A stretch of 64,000 bases of DNA from Amoebidium appalachense (taxonomy: Eukaryota > Protista > Ichthyosporea). Shown piece after piece: positions 1 through 19,316 of this stretch. Under the pieces are notes generated by a model that ran no database searches, was not told the origin of the DNA, and saw only the letters and a program-made list of their open reading frames with translations. The translations under genes and the position numbers were made by a program. The stretch is taken from the NCBI GenBank assembly GCA_963693365.1, contig CAVNZM010000011.1, forward strand, positions 1,720,989 to 1,784,988, in the 5' to 3' direction. How positions within the stretch are numbered: the stretch's first letter is position 1; each line of letters starts with the position of its first letter.

Positions 1-769
1 TATTCCATACACAGTGTTACACACACACAAGAACACACACACGTACACAAATGTGTGTGTGTGCCGGCATGTGTGACAATATCATATGCCCACAGACACG
101 TGCACGCACACGCATGTGCGCACGCGCGCGCGCGCGCACGCACACACACACACGCACATGCACACGCACACGGACACGGACACGGACACGGACACGCATA
201 CACACACACACTCAAGGAAGGACTACCACCCTGTTTCTTTATTGGTGTGCCATTTCTCCCTATCCCCAACACTTCTAAGTGGGGGGCGATCGTATGTCCG
301 TACCTGCGCTCCCGGGAATTTTAGACCCCGTTTCCAAATGTGTGTAACAGTATGTAACTAGTAGCTACAGAAAATGGAACCTCGTTATACCAAAATACCC
401 ATATTTAGCGTGAGTTTATTGATTTTACTCTATGTAGATCCACATGCAGTCCTATGTCTGTAACGGAATTTTAGGTGGCCTAAATGTCGAAACTGGAAAA
501 TCGTAAATCCGCTGTTACACACATACGACTCACCCCAACACATATAAGTTTTGGGAGATCCATCAACTGCGCACCATCGTCACCGCCCCCAGCAAGGTTC
601 AGATGCGCCATAATACAACAAAAAAGAAAAAGAAAAGAGAAATGAAGAAATAAAGAAGGGAACTATAATAATAAAGCGTTAGAAAGAAAATACAGTTCAT
701 ATCGTGAATTATATGCTGAACAAAAGGCTTGACCTGGATGTGCTGCCATGCTGGAATGGGGACAATTAA

Positions 770-1061
770 AGGGGGTTTCTTTTAGCATTTCGGGCCGGGT
801 CGGGTCAGAGGGGAATCTAGCTATATGATTGGCGTGCTGCGCATCAGCTGCGCACCATCGTTTTGCCGGCAGCAGGGTACAGATGCGCTATAATACAACA
901 AAAAAAGAAAAAGAAAAGGGAAAAAAAGGAAATACGGAAGGGAATAATAATAATAAAGCGTTAGAAAGAAGATTACAGTTCATATCATGTTATATGCTGA
1001 ACAAATATCTTGACCCGGAAGTTCTGGAATGGGGACAATTAATCGGCCGAAAAGAAACCCT
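770..1061. mobile_element. ~290-bp MITE, Kolobok-like termini (TTAA|AGGGGGTTTCTTTTAG ... CGAAAAGAAACCC); partial upstream copy at 563-769
   Basis: Terminal inverted repeat preceded by TTAA. The body is duplicated at 563-769 and a diverged full copy lies at ~7321-7633. Confidence 0.6.
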
Positions 1062-2757
1062 GTGCGGCAACGTCACAGTGACGTTGTTAGCAACGCAGCC
1101 AATCAGATCCGGCCAGTAAATTAATTGGGTAACGTAACGTTCCCCATAGATGGATGATCTATTCTACGATATCAAAATGTTCTAAAAACCTCAGGATTTG
1201 TGTTTCACGGTCTCTGGTATAACTTGGGAAACGAACAATCTACTACTACAACATACTGAATCATTGATAGGGGTTAATCATAGCACTTGTAACAATTTTT
1301 TTCTAAAGTAAATGAAACATGCACACAAGCGGCAACAGATGATTATCCACACATAGCTATAGCGTGCCAGCCCGGCATAAAACAATAAAAAAAGTAGGAA
1401 TATGGTGTGGATAATATCACTGGATAAGCCTAGGAAATTCGATGATGGGCACATTCAATGATGACCTTCAGTCTTGAGTCGCGGTCGTACAGTGTAGGCT
1501 GTGTGTCTGATTTTCATTGTTTTTCGACCATTATTCTGTACGCTTAAGGAGCTTTACAAATAGATTTTTCAAGTCTTCTACCTATTCCTTCACATGAGCC
1601 CGACTCGAAGCAAAGGAAAAAAGACATACGCGTATGCCGAATAGTCATATACATACGAAAACTCCGAAAAGTGCCACGGTGCCACAGCATCCGATCCTCC
1701 CAAACTCTGAATTCCTGAGCGGTGCGTGTCCGACTTACGATAGGGTGTAGGAACTTTGATCATGACAGGTATGTATAGTACCTTTGCAGTTTGTACAAGA
1801 AACTCGTCTTCTTCTAACATTACACTATATAGCCAATAGTAGTTAAATATGTATAAATCTGGAAGCCTTGGAGGTAACTGCAGGGGCGGGCAGGCTGTGA
1901 AAAGTTCCATGTCAGATAACAAAAGGTGTACCATGCATGATCACGATGTGGCGGCCCTCTGAGTAGGGGTCCCTACCGGAAGAAAGCCAAATTTCAATGC
2001 TGTCAATATTGTGGGTAGCCGGACCGGAGTTGGGATGGTGTTTGCTCTTCATAGGGGTTTTGCCATCACAGTGCAATCACTATAAAGAAATGAAAAGTTG
2101 TTGTTTTCTTTTTGACTTCACTTATCAACCGCTAGAAGTGTAAGTATGCACGAGGCGTCGGCATACTTCGAAGGCAAAGAACGTTTTTAAGGGGAAAATA
2201 ATTTTCAAACCCCAATGGGGGGGTTTCCACTGACTCAAGACTTTGGATCCGGTGCCCAAGGAATCATGAAGGAGATCCAGTCAGGTAGAGAGTCAGGTAG
2301 GATACAACAGATTGAATGTTCCACGAATGAACAAAAACGGCATTTCATTATTGTAGTATGTAGCATATGTAGTAAGAAAAGGAACATGTGAGTCGGTTTT
2401 CAACTCAATGATAGCCCACATACAATTAAAGTTACTTGCATCACTTTATAGGACCTGTGCCTTTTTGGCTTCCAAATGGCCAGTGCAACTCCAGGTTTCA
2501 CCGTTACCTTCCCATGCAGCCCAAATCGGCTTGTTCTCACCCCCACAGATGTTCTTACAGGAGCCCTCTCTCTGTCTCGTTCAAGCACTTTTTGAACCAA
2601 GGCTCTACTGGTACCCCTTTCTTATTCCCCACCCACAAGCTTCGGAGCGTTTTTGCGCTCTGCTATAGCCACCAGATTGAGTATGGCTTCACTATGAAAG
2701 ACCTGCATGTGACTTAGTCATGATACACCTCGCCATAAGAATTTTAAACCATACGAC

Positions 2758-4249
2758 ATGGAACAAGTAGAAATGCACAGTTCAGCGGCCTTTACAGCGT
2801 GGACTGATTCCCAACTGGGGATCTTAAACAATGTCAGTAAGGTATCGTCTGTTGTGGGCCTTTTTGGCTCCAGTCTGATAGTAATGTTGTACCTTCGAAC
2901 CCCATCTTCGTTGATTCTCTCCCATCACGTCGTGTTGCTCTGTCTGAGCCTCTGTGAGATAATTGTGGCTTCGGGGTATCTTATCGGCACGTGGAGCTTC
3001 CAGTCGGAGGTGCTGTGTCAGGCACAGGTGAGCACATGGGAGCACGTGTCTCTGTGCGTGTGTCTCTGAATGTGTGTCTGTAGATGTATGCCTCTGTATG
3101 TTTGTCTCTGTGCGTGTGTCTCTGTATGTGTGTCTGTAGATGTGTGCCTCTGTATGTGTGCCTCTGTATGTGTGCCTCTGTATGTTTGTCTCTGTGCGTG
3201 TGTCTCTGTATGTGTGTCTGTAGATGTGTGCCTCTGTATGTGTGCCTCTGTATGTTTGTCTCTGTGCGTGTGTCTCTGTATGTGTGTCTGTAGATGTGTG
3301 CCTCTGTATGTTTGTCTCTGTGCGTGTGTCTCTGTGCGTGTGTCATTGTATGTGTGTCTGTAGATGTGTGCCTCTGTATGTGTGCCTTTGTATGTGTGCC
3401 TCTGTGTGTCCCAGGCTGTATGTGTCTCTATGTGTCTTTGTATGTGTGTGTCTATATGTGTGTCTTTGTGTGGGTGTCTGTCTGTATGGATGTCTTTGTA
3501 TGCGCATCTCTGTATGTGTCTCTGCATACGTGTCAGTATGTGTGTCTCTGTGCATGTGTGTCTCTCTCTGTGTGTGTGTGTCTGTGTGTCTCTCTGTGTG
3601 TCTCTGTCTCATGGTGTGTGCCTGCATGTGTGCCTCTGTGTGTCTCCCTGTGTGCACTCTGTATGTGTGTCTCAGTATGTATGTTTCCCACTTGTGTAGG
3701 CTTATCAGGGACTGTACCTGTGGTATCTTTACCGTGCTCCTGGTGTGCATGTGGTAACCTTTTGGCCAAGTCGGTATCTTTAGAGAGTAAATACTCGACG
3801 TGTATGTGTTTACCGCACTGCGCTTCAGATTATGCAAAAGTTTTGTGGGCGTGATTGTGCAGGCATACTCAACTGGTGTTTTAAAGCTTGAAGTCTAACA
3901 GCCAGCATAATTTTTTGCCCCACATCAAAGCATCACTTGGCCTAAGTTCAACCACATTCTTTCCATATGCACTCACAAGTATTTACATTTGCACGTTTTC
4001 CTGATATTGTCGGCGCGGCACCTTGCTTTTCAATGCAACGAACGAATTTTGAGCAACCCCACACGAACCGTGTGCAACCATGCGCATAACCTGAGCAGGG
4101 CTTCGCGCGCGCGCGCACACGCACACACACACACAACACACACGCACACAAAACACACACACAGAAAAACAGAAACACGCATGCACGCACATGCACACAA
4201 ACACACACACACACACAGACACACACACACACACACACACACACAACAC

Positions 4250-4328
<79 letters not shown>

Positions 4329-5028
4329 TCACGCACAAATGCCACCACCAAAACTAATCCCTCTTCACTCTGCAGGGCACGCTCATCCAGCTTGGTCTCT
4401 CTGCCGGCCTCTACCACGTTGCACTAGCCACCGACATGTTTCTAAAAATAGTCGTCGGCTACACGGACGAAATGACACGACGGATCCTTCCCTTTTTCCA
4501 TACGGCCTGCCTGCTATACCCCGTGGTTAGTGCAATCACGTGTTTGACGTTGGGCCTGTACGGGCCAAGTGGGCAGTGGTGTTGGCTGGAGAGGGGGGAG
4601 CTACGCATCTATCTATTCTACATACCGGTGTGGATCGTCATACTGTATGTGCTGTGTGTGATGGTGTGTCTGAGCTGGAAGATAATCGAGGTCAGATTCA
4701 AACTGTCCAGAGCCGCTGTACAGCACCGTGCAAGTTTGTGCGCTGTCTTGCAGGTGACATTCCCCCCCCCTCTCCCAAATTCCCCCAACTCCCCTCACCA
4801 GCCTGTCTTGTTCTCCATTTGTTCTCCGAACACATGCCCTTAACACAGGGGCGCACCCGTACGCACACACACGCATGCTTTCCCCACTAACACTAAGTAG
4901 ACTGCACGCTTGCACCATTTGAGAACGAGTTTTTTCTTTTAAAGTTTTTCTTTTTCTTTTCTTTTTTCTTTCTTCCTGTTTTTGGTGGTGGTGGTGGGGG
5001 GGGGGTGGGAGCGGTGTGTGTGTGTGTG

Positions 5029-5059
<31 letters not shown>

Positions 5060-5287
5060 AGGGGGAGGGGAGAGGAGGGAAGGGAGCAGAGGGGGGAGGG
5101 GGGGGGGGGGGGCGGGTGTGTGTGTGTGGGGGGGGAGGGGGGGGGGGGGGGGGGGGGGGATGGACGGGGAAAATGGAGGGTGCACACAAAGAGTGGGAAG
5201 GGATCTGTTTAAATAAGTTCTTGATAGGGGATTTTGTTATGGTCACTCGGACTGTTGATGTATAGAATTGGTGGGAAAGGGAGTCAA

Positions 5288-5325
<38 letters not shown>

Positions 5326-5959
5326 TAGAATGGGGTCATGTCCACAGCAGGCCACTGACCGAGCTGACCCCGTGCAGGTCATGTGCTACTCCGGCATGTT
5401 CATACTCATGTGGCTGCCGGGCTCGGCAAATCGCATAGCCAACTGGGTCAGTGGGGTCTACAGCTACCCGATATCCCTGCTACATGCCGTATGTGTTCCT
5501 GCGATTGGAATGGGAAATTTCGTGGTGTTAATTGCGCCTGGGCTATACCGTAAATGGAAGCTAGGAGGTCAGGTCCGCTCGCTGCACTTAGGAAATATGG
5601 ACAAGACCGTAAGCTCCAATGCTGGCCACTCCCACACAAATGTACATGGCCGGGCAACGTTATGTGCACAGTGCGCTTCACTTGCGGCAGGAGTAGATAA
5701 AGTGGGCATCGACGTGGGGGGGCTCGGTTCGGCATCCGACACTGCACGGGGGGGTTTAAAAGGGCCAAATTCGAGCCTGATGTCGATTGGGGACAAGAAA
5801 CTTTCACGAACGAAAAGTGCGATTTCCATGGAGAGCACGGGCCGTGGGTCAACCATGCACGGACCACCCCACCACCACCACATGACAAATGGGAAAATTG
5901 CTACTTTGGCGCCGAGGGGGGTCCAAGAAAATGATGACAGCATGTCAATGATGGTATGA
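2758..5959 (+). CDS. cAMP-receptor-like (CAR/Git3/GCR1-type) 7-TM G-protein-coupled receptor, 3 exons: 2758-3027, 4376-4753, 5378-5959
   Basis: Phase-0 GT-AG introns join LCQAQ|GTLIQLG and CAVLQ|[20 protein letters not shown]. Seven hydrophobic segments. Family-typical motifs Sxx[26 protein letters not shown] and WLPxxANR. Long Ser/Gly-rich cytoplasmic tail. Confidence 0.85.
3046..3680. repeat. Compound (TG)/(TC) minisatellite in GPCR intron 1
   Basis: Tandem units such as TGTGTGCCTCTGTA / TGTTTGTCTCTGTGCG / TGTGTGTCTGTAGA with a higher-order period. Confidence 0.9.
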
Positions 5960-7320
5960 TGAAAATTTGAGATTGACGGTGAAACATGTTTGAATGTGTC
6001 CTTTAATGTCATTATTGTTATAGAGTTGTTCTCTAATGGTGAAAGCTCAATGTGCTTGCTTACAACAATAGGCAGCCCTCTTACTCCTTGCTTAAATAAC
6101 GAGTCGTTACGGCAGGTTTTGAAAGTTATTGTATCCTTGTGCTGATGGCCATAATAATGTCAGAACAATGTTCATGAACGCACGGTTGTTAATTTCTTGC
6201 AAGTAATTCTGTTTGTGAGTCCTCCCCCACCTACACATGCACACTCATTCTACACTGATACTATCATTAACTTTTCTACGCGTGTTGTAAGATAATTTTT
6301 AGTTACGCGTGATACATAGTTTCAGCATCATGGGGATATTGTTGAATTTAACTATTGCGGCCGTGATAGCTGGCTGGTGTTTGTATGTGTTAACAGAAAT
6401 GGCGGCCGCAGGTACGGGCTAATGGTTGTTGCTGATGTAGGTGTTGTGTGTCCATAATGCAATCACCTGATAGCGCTATGTATCATGATGAAGCGAAGTA
6501 TGCATGTATGTGGTAACTGTATAATCCAGATATGTTTTATATATAAGCCTTGAAAAACATTAACCTTTTTATTAGCCTAACCCGCACCCGAACTAATGTC
6601 ATTGAGTAGTTATAACAAGCTGGCTGTGCCGGCGCTTTGCAGCGGTCAATAATATTTCATTCTGTCTTCTTGAACACATAGTTAACGAGCATGCATGTTA
6701 CGGCATATTTCGAGATATGTTCCGCATCTAATTTAGCAGCTTTAAAAACGTGGACAACACCGTATTGGGGCAAACCCAATCACTACTATTCGGTCGTTAA
6801 CATCTCTGTTCGTCGTCGGTGACGTGACGGGGTGGCATTCACAATGGGCTCGTGCTGACGTCATGCTGCCAAATGCCTACCTAGACCGTAGCTGCGTGCT
6901 AGACTAATATAACATAGTCACCATAGGCTACGGCGGGCCAATATTCATTGGGTCCAAGACGCGTGCAAGGTCTAGATCTGGGTGGTCTTTGTTCTGACGT
7001 AAACACGTTTTGAAATCACTTGGCGCTATGTGTTCATTATGATAATCCAGCGACTCACCGTCACAAGAAAAAATACTCTATATTAATTTAAGCATTAGAG
7101 TGCCCCATGGGTGTCTTCAGCTGAAAACTAACCTATTTATGGTGGGGCGAATGAGCTCGTGGTGTTTCCACTTAGTCTCCAAGGCTATGTACCCACTGGC
7201 TTACGTAAGTGGCCGGGCATTACTACGTACGTCTGCGGCAATGTACATAAAAAAAAAAAAAAAGAAAGAAAAGAAAAGAAAAAAAAACTGGCCGTAGGGA
7301 AGACAGCACTCAAAGTGACT

Positions 7321-7633
7321 AGTGGTTTCTTTTAGAATTCCGGGCGGGTCGGGTCAGAGGGATTTATAGTTATGTGATTGGCTTGCTGCGCAAAAGAGTC
7401 GGTCCCGGTAACAGACAAGTTCTGCCGACAACAAGGCACAGATGTGCACAACACAACACACTCGGAAAAAAAAAGAAAAAAAAAAGAAGCCTTAAAAAAA
7501 AGAAAGAAAACGGGAATAACTTCGGAATATCCAAGCGCTAGGAAGAGGATTGCGGTTCGAAATTTTGATTAATATGGCTTGACTCGGATGTGCTGGAATG
7601 TGGTTCAATTATTCGGCCTAAAAGAAACCCCCT
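7321..7633. mobile_element. Second copy of the 770-1061 MITE family
   Basis: GGTTTCTTTTAG..GGGTCGGGTCAGAGG..GATTGGC at the left end and CTGGAATG..TCGGCCTAAAAGAAACCCCCT at the right end match the 770-1061 copy. Confidence 0.6.
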
Positions 7634-7657
7634 TCAAAATCTCGTGCGTGCAACCAC

Positions 7658-7694
<37 letters not shown>

Positions 7695-7976
7695 ACCTCT
7701 TCGAACACACAAGCATACACAAGAACACACGCACATAGCAGCTGCATTGCAAGGAGCAGTTGTGCATATGCATGCATATGCCCATGGCCATGCTGCACAG
7801 GCACACACACATGGCATTGCACGTGGGTGAGCTCATGTGTACACTGGGCATCCACACACACGAATACACCCGAGCCACGGCAAACAAGCCAGCACACAGC
7901 CCAACACATTGCCAATGGCAGCGTAACAAAAGGCTGGGGACCATTGGATCAATATCATGCCATGTAGTGACTTTAT

Positions 7977-14963
<6,987 letters not shown>

Positions 14964-15169
14964 TTCAAGCCCTGGTGTTGGCAGCCAAGCATGTTTACTT
15001 TAACGGTAAGCTTGGACTCTGTCACCCCCTGTTGTCTTGTACGGGTTCTTAGGGAGCAGAGTGCACAGAGGTGTCATGTAAATTCCAACACCCCCCCCCC
15101 AAAAAAAAAAAAACATAATCCTCCCCCCCCTCCCCCCAACCCTAATCCCCCCCCCCTTCGTCCCCCCCC

Positions 15170-15218
<49 letters not shown>

Positions 15219-15377
15219 AACACCACCACCACCACCACCAACCCCCTCCCCCCCCCCTCCTCACCCCCCCCCCCCCAAAAAAAAAAAAAACTCTTCTCTC
15301 TTCTAAACTTAGCCCTCACTCCTCTCACCCATCTACCATGCAACCATGTTAACCGTACCACCGATTTCCCTTGCTCC

Positions 15378-15457
<80 letters not shown>

Positions 15458-16174
15458 ACCATCACCACCACCACCAAACACTTACACACGCAGACACCAA
15501 TCCATCCACTACCCATTACCATCCCGTCCATAATGCCTCCTCCCCCCCCCCCCCCCCCCTCCTTTCCTCCCAATAAAATCAGTAATGGGATGTCTTACCC
15601 AGTGGACATATGACGCAAGCCAGCCAGCAAGGCCACCAATCCCCTTCCGCCTGAAAAAGGGGGGCAAAGAGTAAGTGTTTGCGCCCCAGCAACAAAATAT
15701 GGATGCAGCGGTTCAATTGTTTACGGGTCACACGTTAACACACAGCCCGATCTAACGATGTAAGGTAGTAAATTCTTAGAAAGTTATACAAAAACACTTT
15801 ACAGGCATGATAGTACTTCTATTCGCATTGTGTGTAGGCACGGGCAGATGCAGTCGGCTGACCCTACAAAAGTTACTTGTGTCGCCAGCACCGTTATCAC
15901 ATATGCAGGCCTATACTCAAGTGGGTACATACATACATACACTAGGTCCTGCAAGCAAAGGAAACTAGCCCCGTGTTAGACGCATCATGCTAACCTTGTG
16001 CTCTCTGTGATCCCATGCCACTAAACAAGTAACACTATGCAGGCAGTGGGCGCAAGAGCCGCAACACCTCCCCCGTCCCTCCCCCAACCCCCCGCCAACC
16101 CCCCTCTCCCCCCCCCCCCTCCCCCCCCCCCAAAAAAAAAAGAAACCCAAACCCAAACCCAAACCCAAACAACA

Positions 16175-16220
<46 letters not shown>

Positions 16221-16531
16221 CCACTAACACAAACACACACCACACAACACACACACCACACACGTTCGTGCACACACACACACAAGCAAGCACACGCACT
16301 CACACACAAGCACGTTTTACTGAATAACACACACACACATACACACACAAACACAAATACAGACAGACAGACAAACAGAACACACCTACACACCTTTCTC
16401 CCTCTGCAGCTGCCTCTCCCTCTCTATCCCCCTCCCTCTCGCTATCCCTATCTCCACCCCAACCTCAACCCCACCATCTCGCTCTCTCTCGCTCTCTCAC
16501 TCTGTCTTATTCTATGATGTACAAAGTCCAA

Positions 16532-16564
<33 letters not shown>

Positions 16565-16889
16565 AACACACGCAACCCATTTCCTCTCCCTTTCTCCCCT
16601 TTCACACACGCACACACCTGAGGTGGCCCTCCCTCCAACAGCCAAGGCTCCGCAACTACGCAGCACAGAGGGGACGTTCATTTCCAAAATAACCGGCCAG
16701 GTGATGTTAAAAGTGAAAAGTCTAACACTGCTTTGCAGTTATTCGAGGAGCTGTAGTTCGCTTGGCCCTTGACACATGAACTACCGACACTTTTACAAAC
16801 GGATAATGTCACTCCTACTCCCGGCCTTCCGCTTTTCGCTCTCTCTCTCTCTCTTTTTTTTTTTTTTTTTGGCAGGCTACAAACTGAGC

Positions 16890-16966
16890 ATAGGTGACGT
16901 GGCTCATTGACGTCACGGTTATATAACGATTGGCTAACTGCTCGCGCCAATTTGTTTGATTGGCTG
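16890..16966. promoter_or_regulatory. Putative bidirectional promoter (ATF/CRE-like TGACGT motifs and CCAAT boxes)
   Basis: GTGACGTGG, TGACGTCAC and three GATTGG/CCAAT motifs cluster between the divergently oriented oxidoreductase and Cys-rich protein genes. Confidence 0.4.
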
Positions 16967-17204
16967 AATAATTCTCAATGCTAGTCATCCGAAATATGTA
17001 CATCGAAAAAGGAATACAACATTAACTATCCTAATCCTAGTTGGCGATACATAATACTTTCCAACAAGAAGGAAGTCGTAACTAGCCTTTACCGTGAAGC
17101 TGGTTGTCCTAAGAAAAGATATTAATCACGTGGGTTTGTCGAAAGTCTGGAGTCGGGACGCGGCCCTGGTGCTTTTTAATTACCCCTCTCAGTCGTGTGC
17201 ACCA

Positions 17205-18644
17205 ATGAGTCGTGCATTCCATTCTTCACTAGCATCACGTGTGTTGTTCTGAGCACATAAGGAGAGCTGTTGAAAGCTGTATTGTTTTTCTTCTTCCAAG
17301 TTGCTTCTTTCTTTCTGTTAGAAGGTGAGGTCTAGTTCGCTTGGCAGGACAAGGACCACTCCACAAATTGCAATGGCCCGATTGCGTGAACCCATTCCTA
17401 GTAGCCACGGCAGACAGATTTCAGAATGACATCGCATGGCATTACATCCTCAGCGTCGACATTACATCCTCAGCGTCGAACCTGCAGCTGCCGCCTGCCC
17501 AGCCTGAGAAACGGTGGGTGGCTCTGGCACACGCAGTGTTGGGTTTCTTTTCCTCGCCTATTATACAGCTTGGTCCTGTCTCTACCTGCTGTCAGTTCTC
17601 CCGGGCCTGGGCGGGGGAGGCAGATACCTTTGCTGAATTCCCCACGGGCTCCTTCCACTGGCCTCCTCCTTCTAGAATTCCTGTTTCTTGTTGCTGTATC
17701 TCCCATTATAACTCTCTCTCCAACCTCGTCCCGTGGGGCATGCTGTCAGTGCCTTCGGGCCTGGGCACTTTCTTTCTTTCGGTGTCTATGCTATTTTCTA
17801 TGGGCAGCCAGGTGGTTTCAGTGCTCCCGGGCCTGGACACGTAACTGCACGTTTGTTTGTGGTTCGGTGCGCCTTTACTTACTCGCAGTGCTCCCGGGCC
17901 TGAGCAGGGAAGGCAGCCACCTTTTGTGTTTTAACCGCGCGGGTTGCATTATCTTCGTCGAGTATGCTGTCAGCGCCTGTACAAAGTATTTTCCAACTTG
18001 TGGTTCAGTGCGCCTATACCTGCTGGCAGTGCTACCGGGCCTGGGCGGGGAAGGCAGCCACTGTAACCCACACCTAGAAGTTCTTCCCAACTGGCTTTCA
18101 CTCTTCCCGTGGGCATGCCGTTAGTGCCCTGGGGCCATAGTTGGTTTCCTCTTGTTTTTGCAATACCATTTATTTGGGTGGCCAGGTGGTTTCAGTGCCC
18201 CCGGGCCTAGACACGTAACTGCACGTTCGTTTCTAACTTGTAATTCGGTGTTGTTTCGGTATGCAGTGCACCTATACCTGCTGGCAGTGCTCCCGGGCCT
18301 GGGCGGGGAAGGCAGTTGTTGTTTTTCCCCACGGGCTTAACTCTGAGTTTTATTCTTCCTTTGGGGCATGCTGTCCGCGTCTTCGGTCGTGGGCGCTTTC
18401 TTTCTTTCGGTGTGTATAGCTTGTATCCTTGGGCAGCCAGGTGGTTTCAGTGCTCCCGGGCATGGTCACGTAACTGCACGTTTGTGATGAACTTCGTTGT
18501 AGAGCCGTGAGTTCTAAATGTATAATCGGGTCACTAACGGCCAGTAACTGTAGGCATAGGGCAGCTGGTCTAGACTCGATTGTTGTAGTACAAAACCCCC
18601 GGCATGCAGTAGGCAATCAGTGCCTATCAGTGTGTGTGTGTGTG

Positions 18645-18689
<45 letters not shown>

Positions 18690-18991
18690 TCACCCTATGA
18701 ATGTAGTTGTTGCCTGTTCAGATTTTAGCGTGTTCCAACCACCCTGTCCTTTTCCGCACAGGTGAATCTACGCCTGGGACTTTCTCGTGTGTCTTCGAGA
18801 AGGGAGCATGCATCTGGCACTGCTGCGGCACAGATACCCCATGCTACTCCAAAGCAGGCAAAGGACCGATGAAGTGCAAGCAGTGTGACGTGATCTTCTG
18901 TTTTGCGCTTCAAACGACTATGGTCTCTCAAGTTGAACTGGGCCCCAGAGGTGCCTGGTATGTATACGGTAAGGATGGTATGTATGCCTGA
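17205..18991 (+). CDS. Small (~98 aa) secreted cysteine-rich protein of unknown family, exons 17205-17208, 17262-17324, 18762-18991
   Basis: Splicing gives MRELLKAVLFFFFQVASFFLLEGES (signal-peptide-like) followed by TPGTFSCVFEKGACIWHCCGTDTPCYSKAGKGPMKCKQCDVIFC (8 Cys). Donor GAAG|GTGAGG at 17325 and acceptor CCGCACAG at 18761 are phase-compatible. The first 4-nt exon has a weak donor (GTCGTG). Confidence 0.55.
17575..18482 (+). ncRNA. Array of 10-11 conserved bulged hairpins (core CAG-T-GCY-NNNG-GGC-CTG) in A-B-C order; candidate structured RNA
   Basis: Cores start at 17593, 17747, 17819, 17886, (17971 truncated), 18027, 18122, 18193, 18285, 18375 and 18448. Flanks pair with G-U wobbles and compensatory changes only on the + strand. 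Two copies have a UUCG loop. Confidence 0.5.
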
Positions 18992-19136
18992 TATCTACAA
19001 CAGATTATGCAGCTATCTGTTCAACTGATATTTAATAATCAATATGTAATGCTACATTCGAACTGTATTGCGGTTATTCGTGTCTCCTGTCTCCTTTGCA
19101 TCTGCCCCCCCCCCCCCCCCCCCTTCCCCCCCCCCT

Positions 19137-19316
19137 GTTGGGTTTCGTTAACGAGGGGAATAGGTCGAAACTCGGGTACTGTGGATGACGTGGGCCCCCC
19201 CTGAGGATGGGCTCTGCTTATTATGCATACTCTTTATGTATGGCTTGCATTCTGCATCGTGTTATCCGTTTGTTCTTGTGTACTTCGTACTTTTTGACGC
19301 ATTCAAAACCCCCCTC
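19137..19316 (+). repeat. Dispersed SINE-like repeat ending in ...GACGCATTCAAA-(C)n; other copies (minus strand) at 14661-14784, 36488-36660, 38290-38343, and diverged at 35723-35800
   Basis: Near-identical core CCTGAGGATGGGCTCTGCTTATTATGCATACTCTTTATGTATGGCTTGCATTCTGCATCGTGTTATCCGTTTGTTCTTGTGTACTTCGTACTTTTTGACGCATTCAAA. The copies share one end and differ in length at the other. Confidence 0.85.

Noticed and set aside
17341-18124. ORFs of 167 and 232 aa across the hairpin array
   Set aside because: The repeat units fall in different frames, conservation follows base pairing rather than codons, and no domain is recognisable.
17575-18482. CRISPR array, iron-responsive elements or known ribozymes as an explanation for the hairpin array
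   Set aside because: There are three alternating repeat types, irregular periods and no cas genes in a eukaryotic intron. CAGUGC is in the stem rather than an IRE loop. No hammerhead, HDV or twister core could be assembled by eye.
19195-19225. Penelope-type hammerhead ribozyme in the SINE-like repeat (CTGAGGATGGG; similar CTGATGATGGG at ~51351)
   Set aside because: No matching CCC-GAAA follows to close stem II; the only GAAAC lies upstream.
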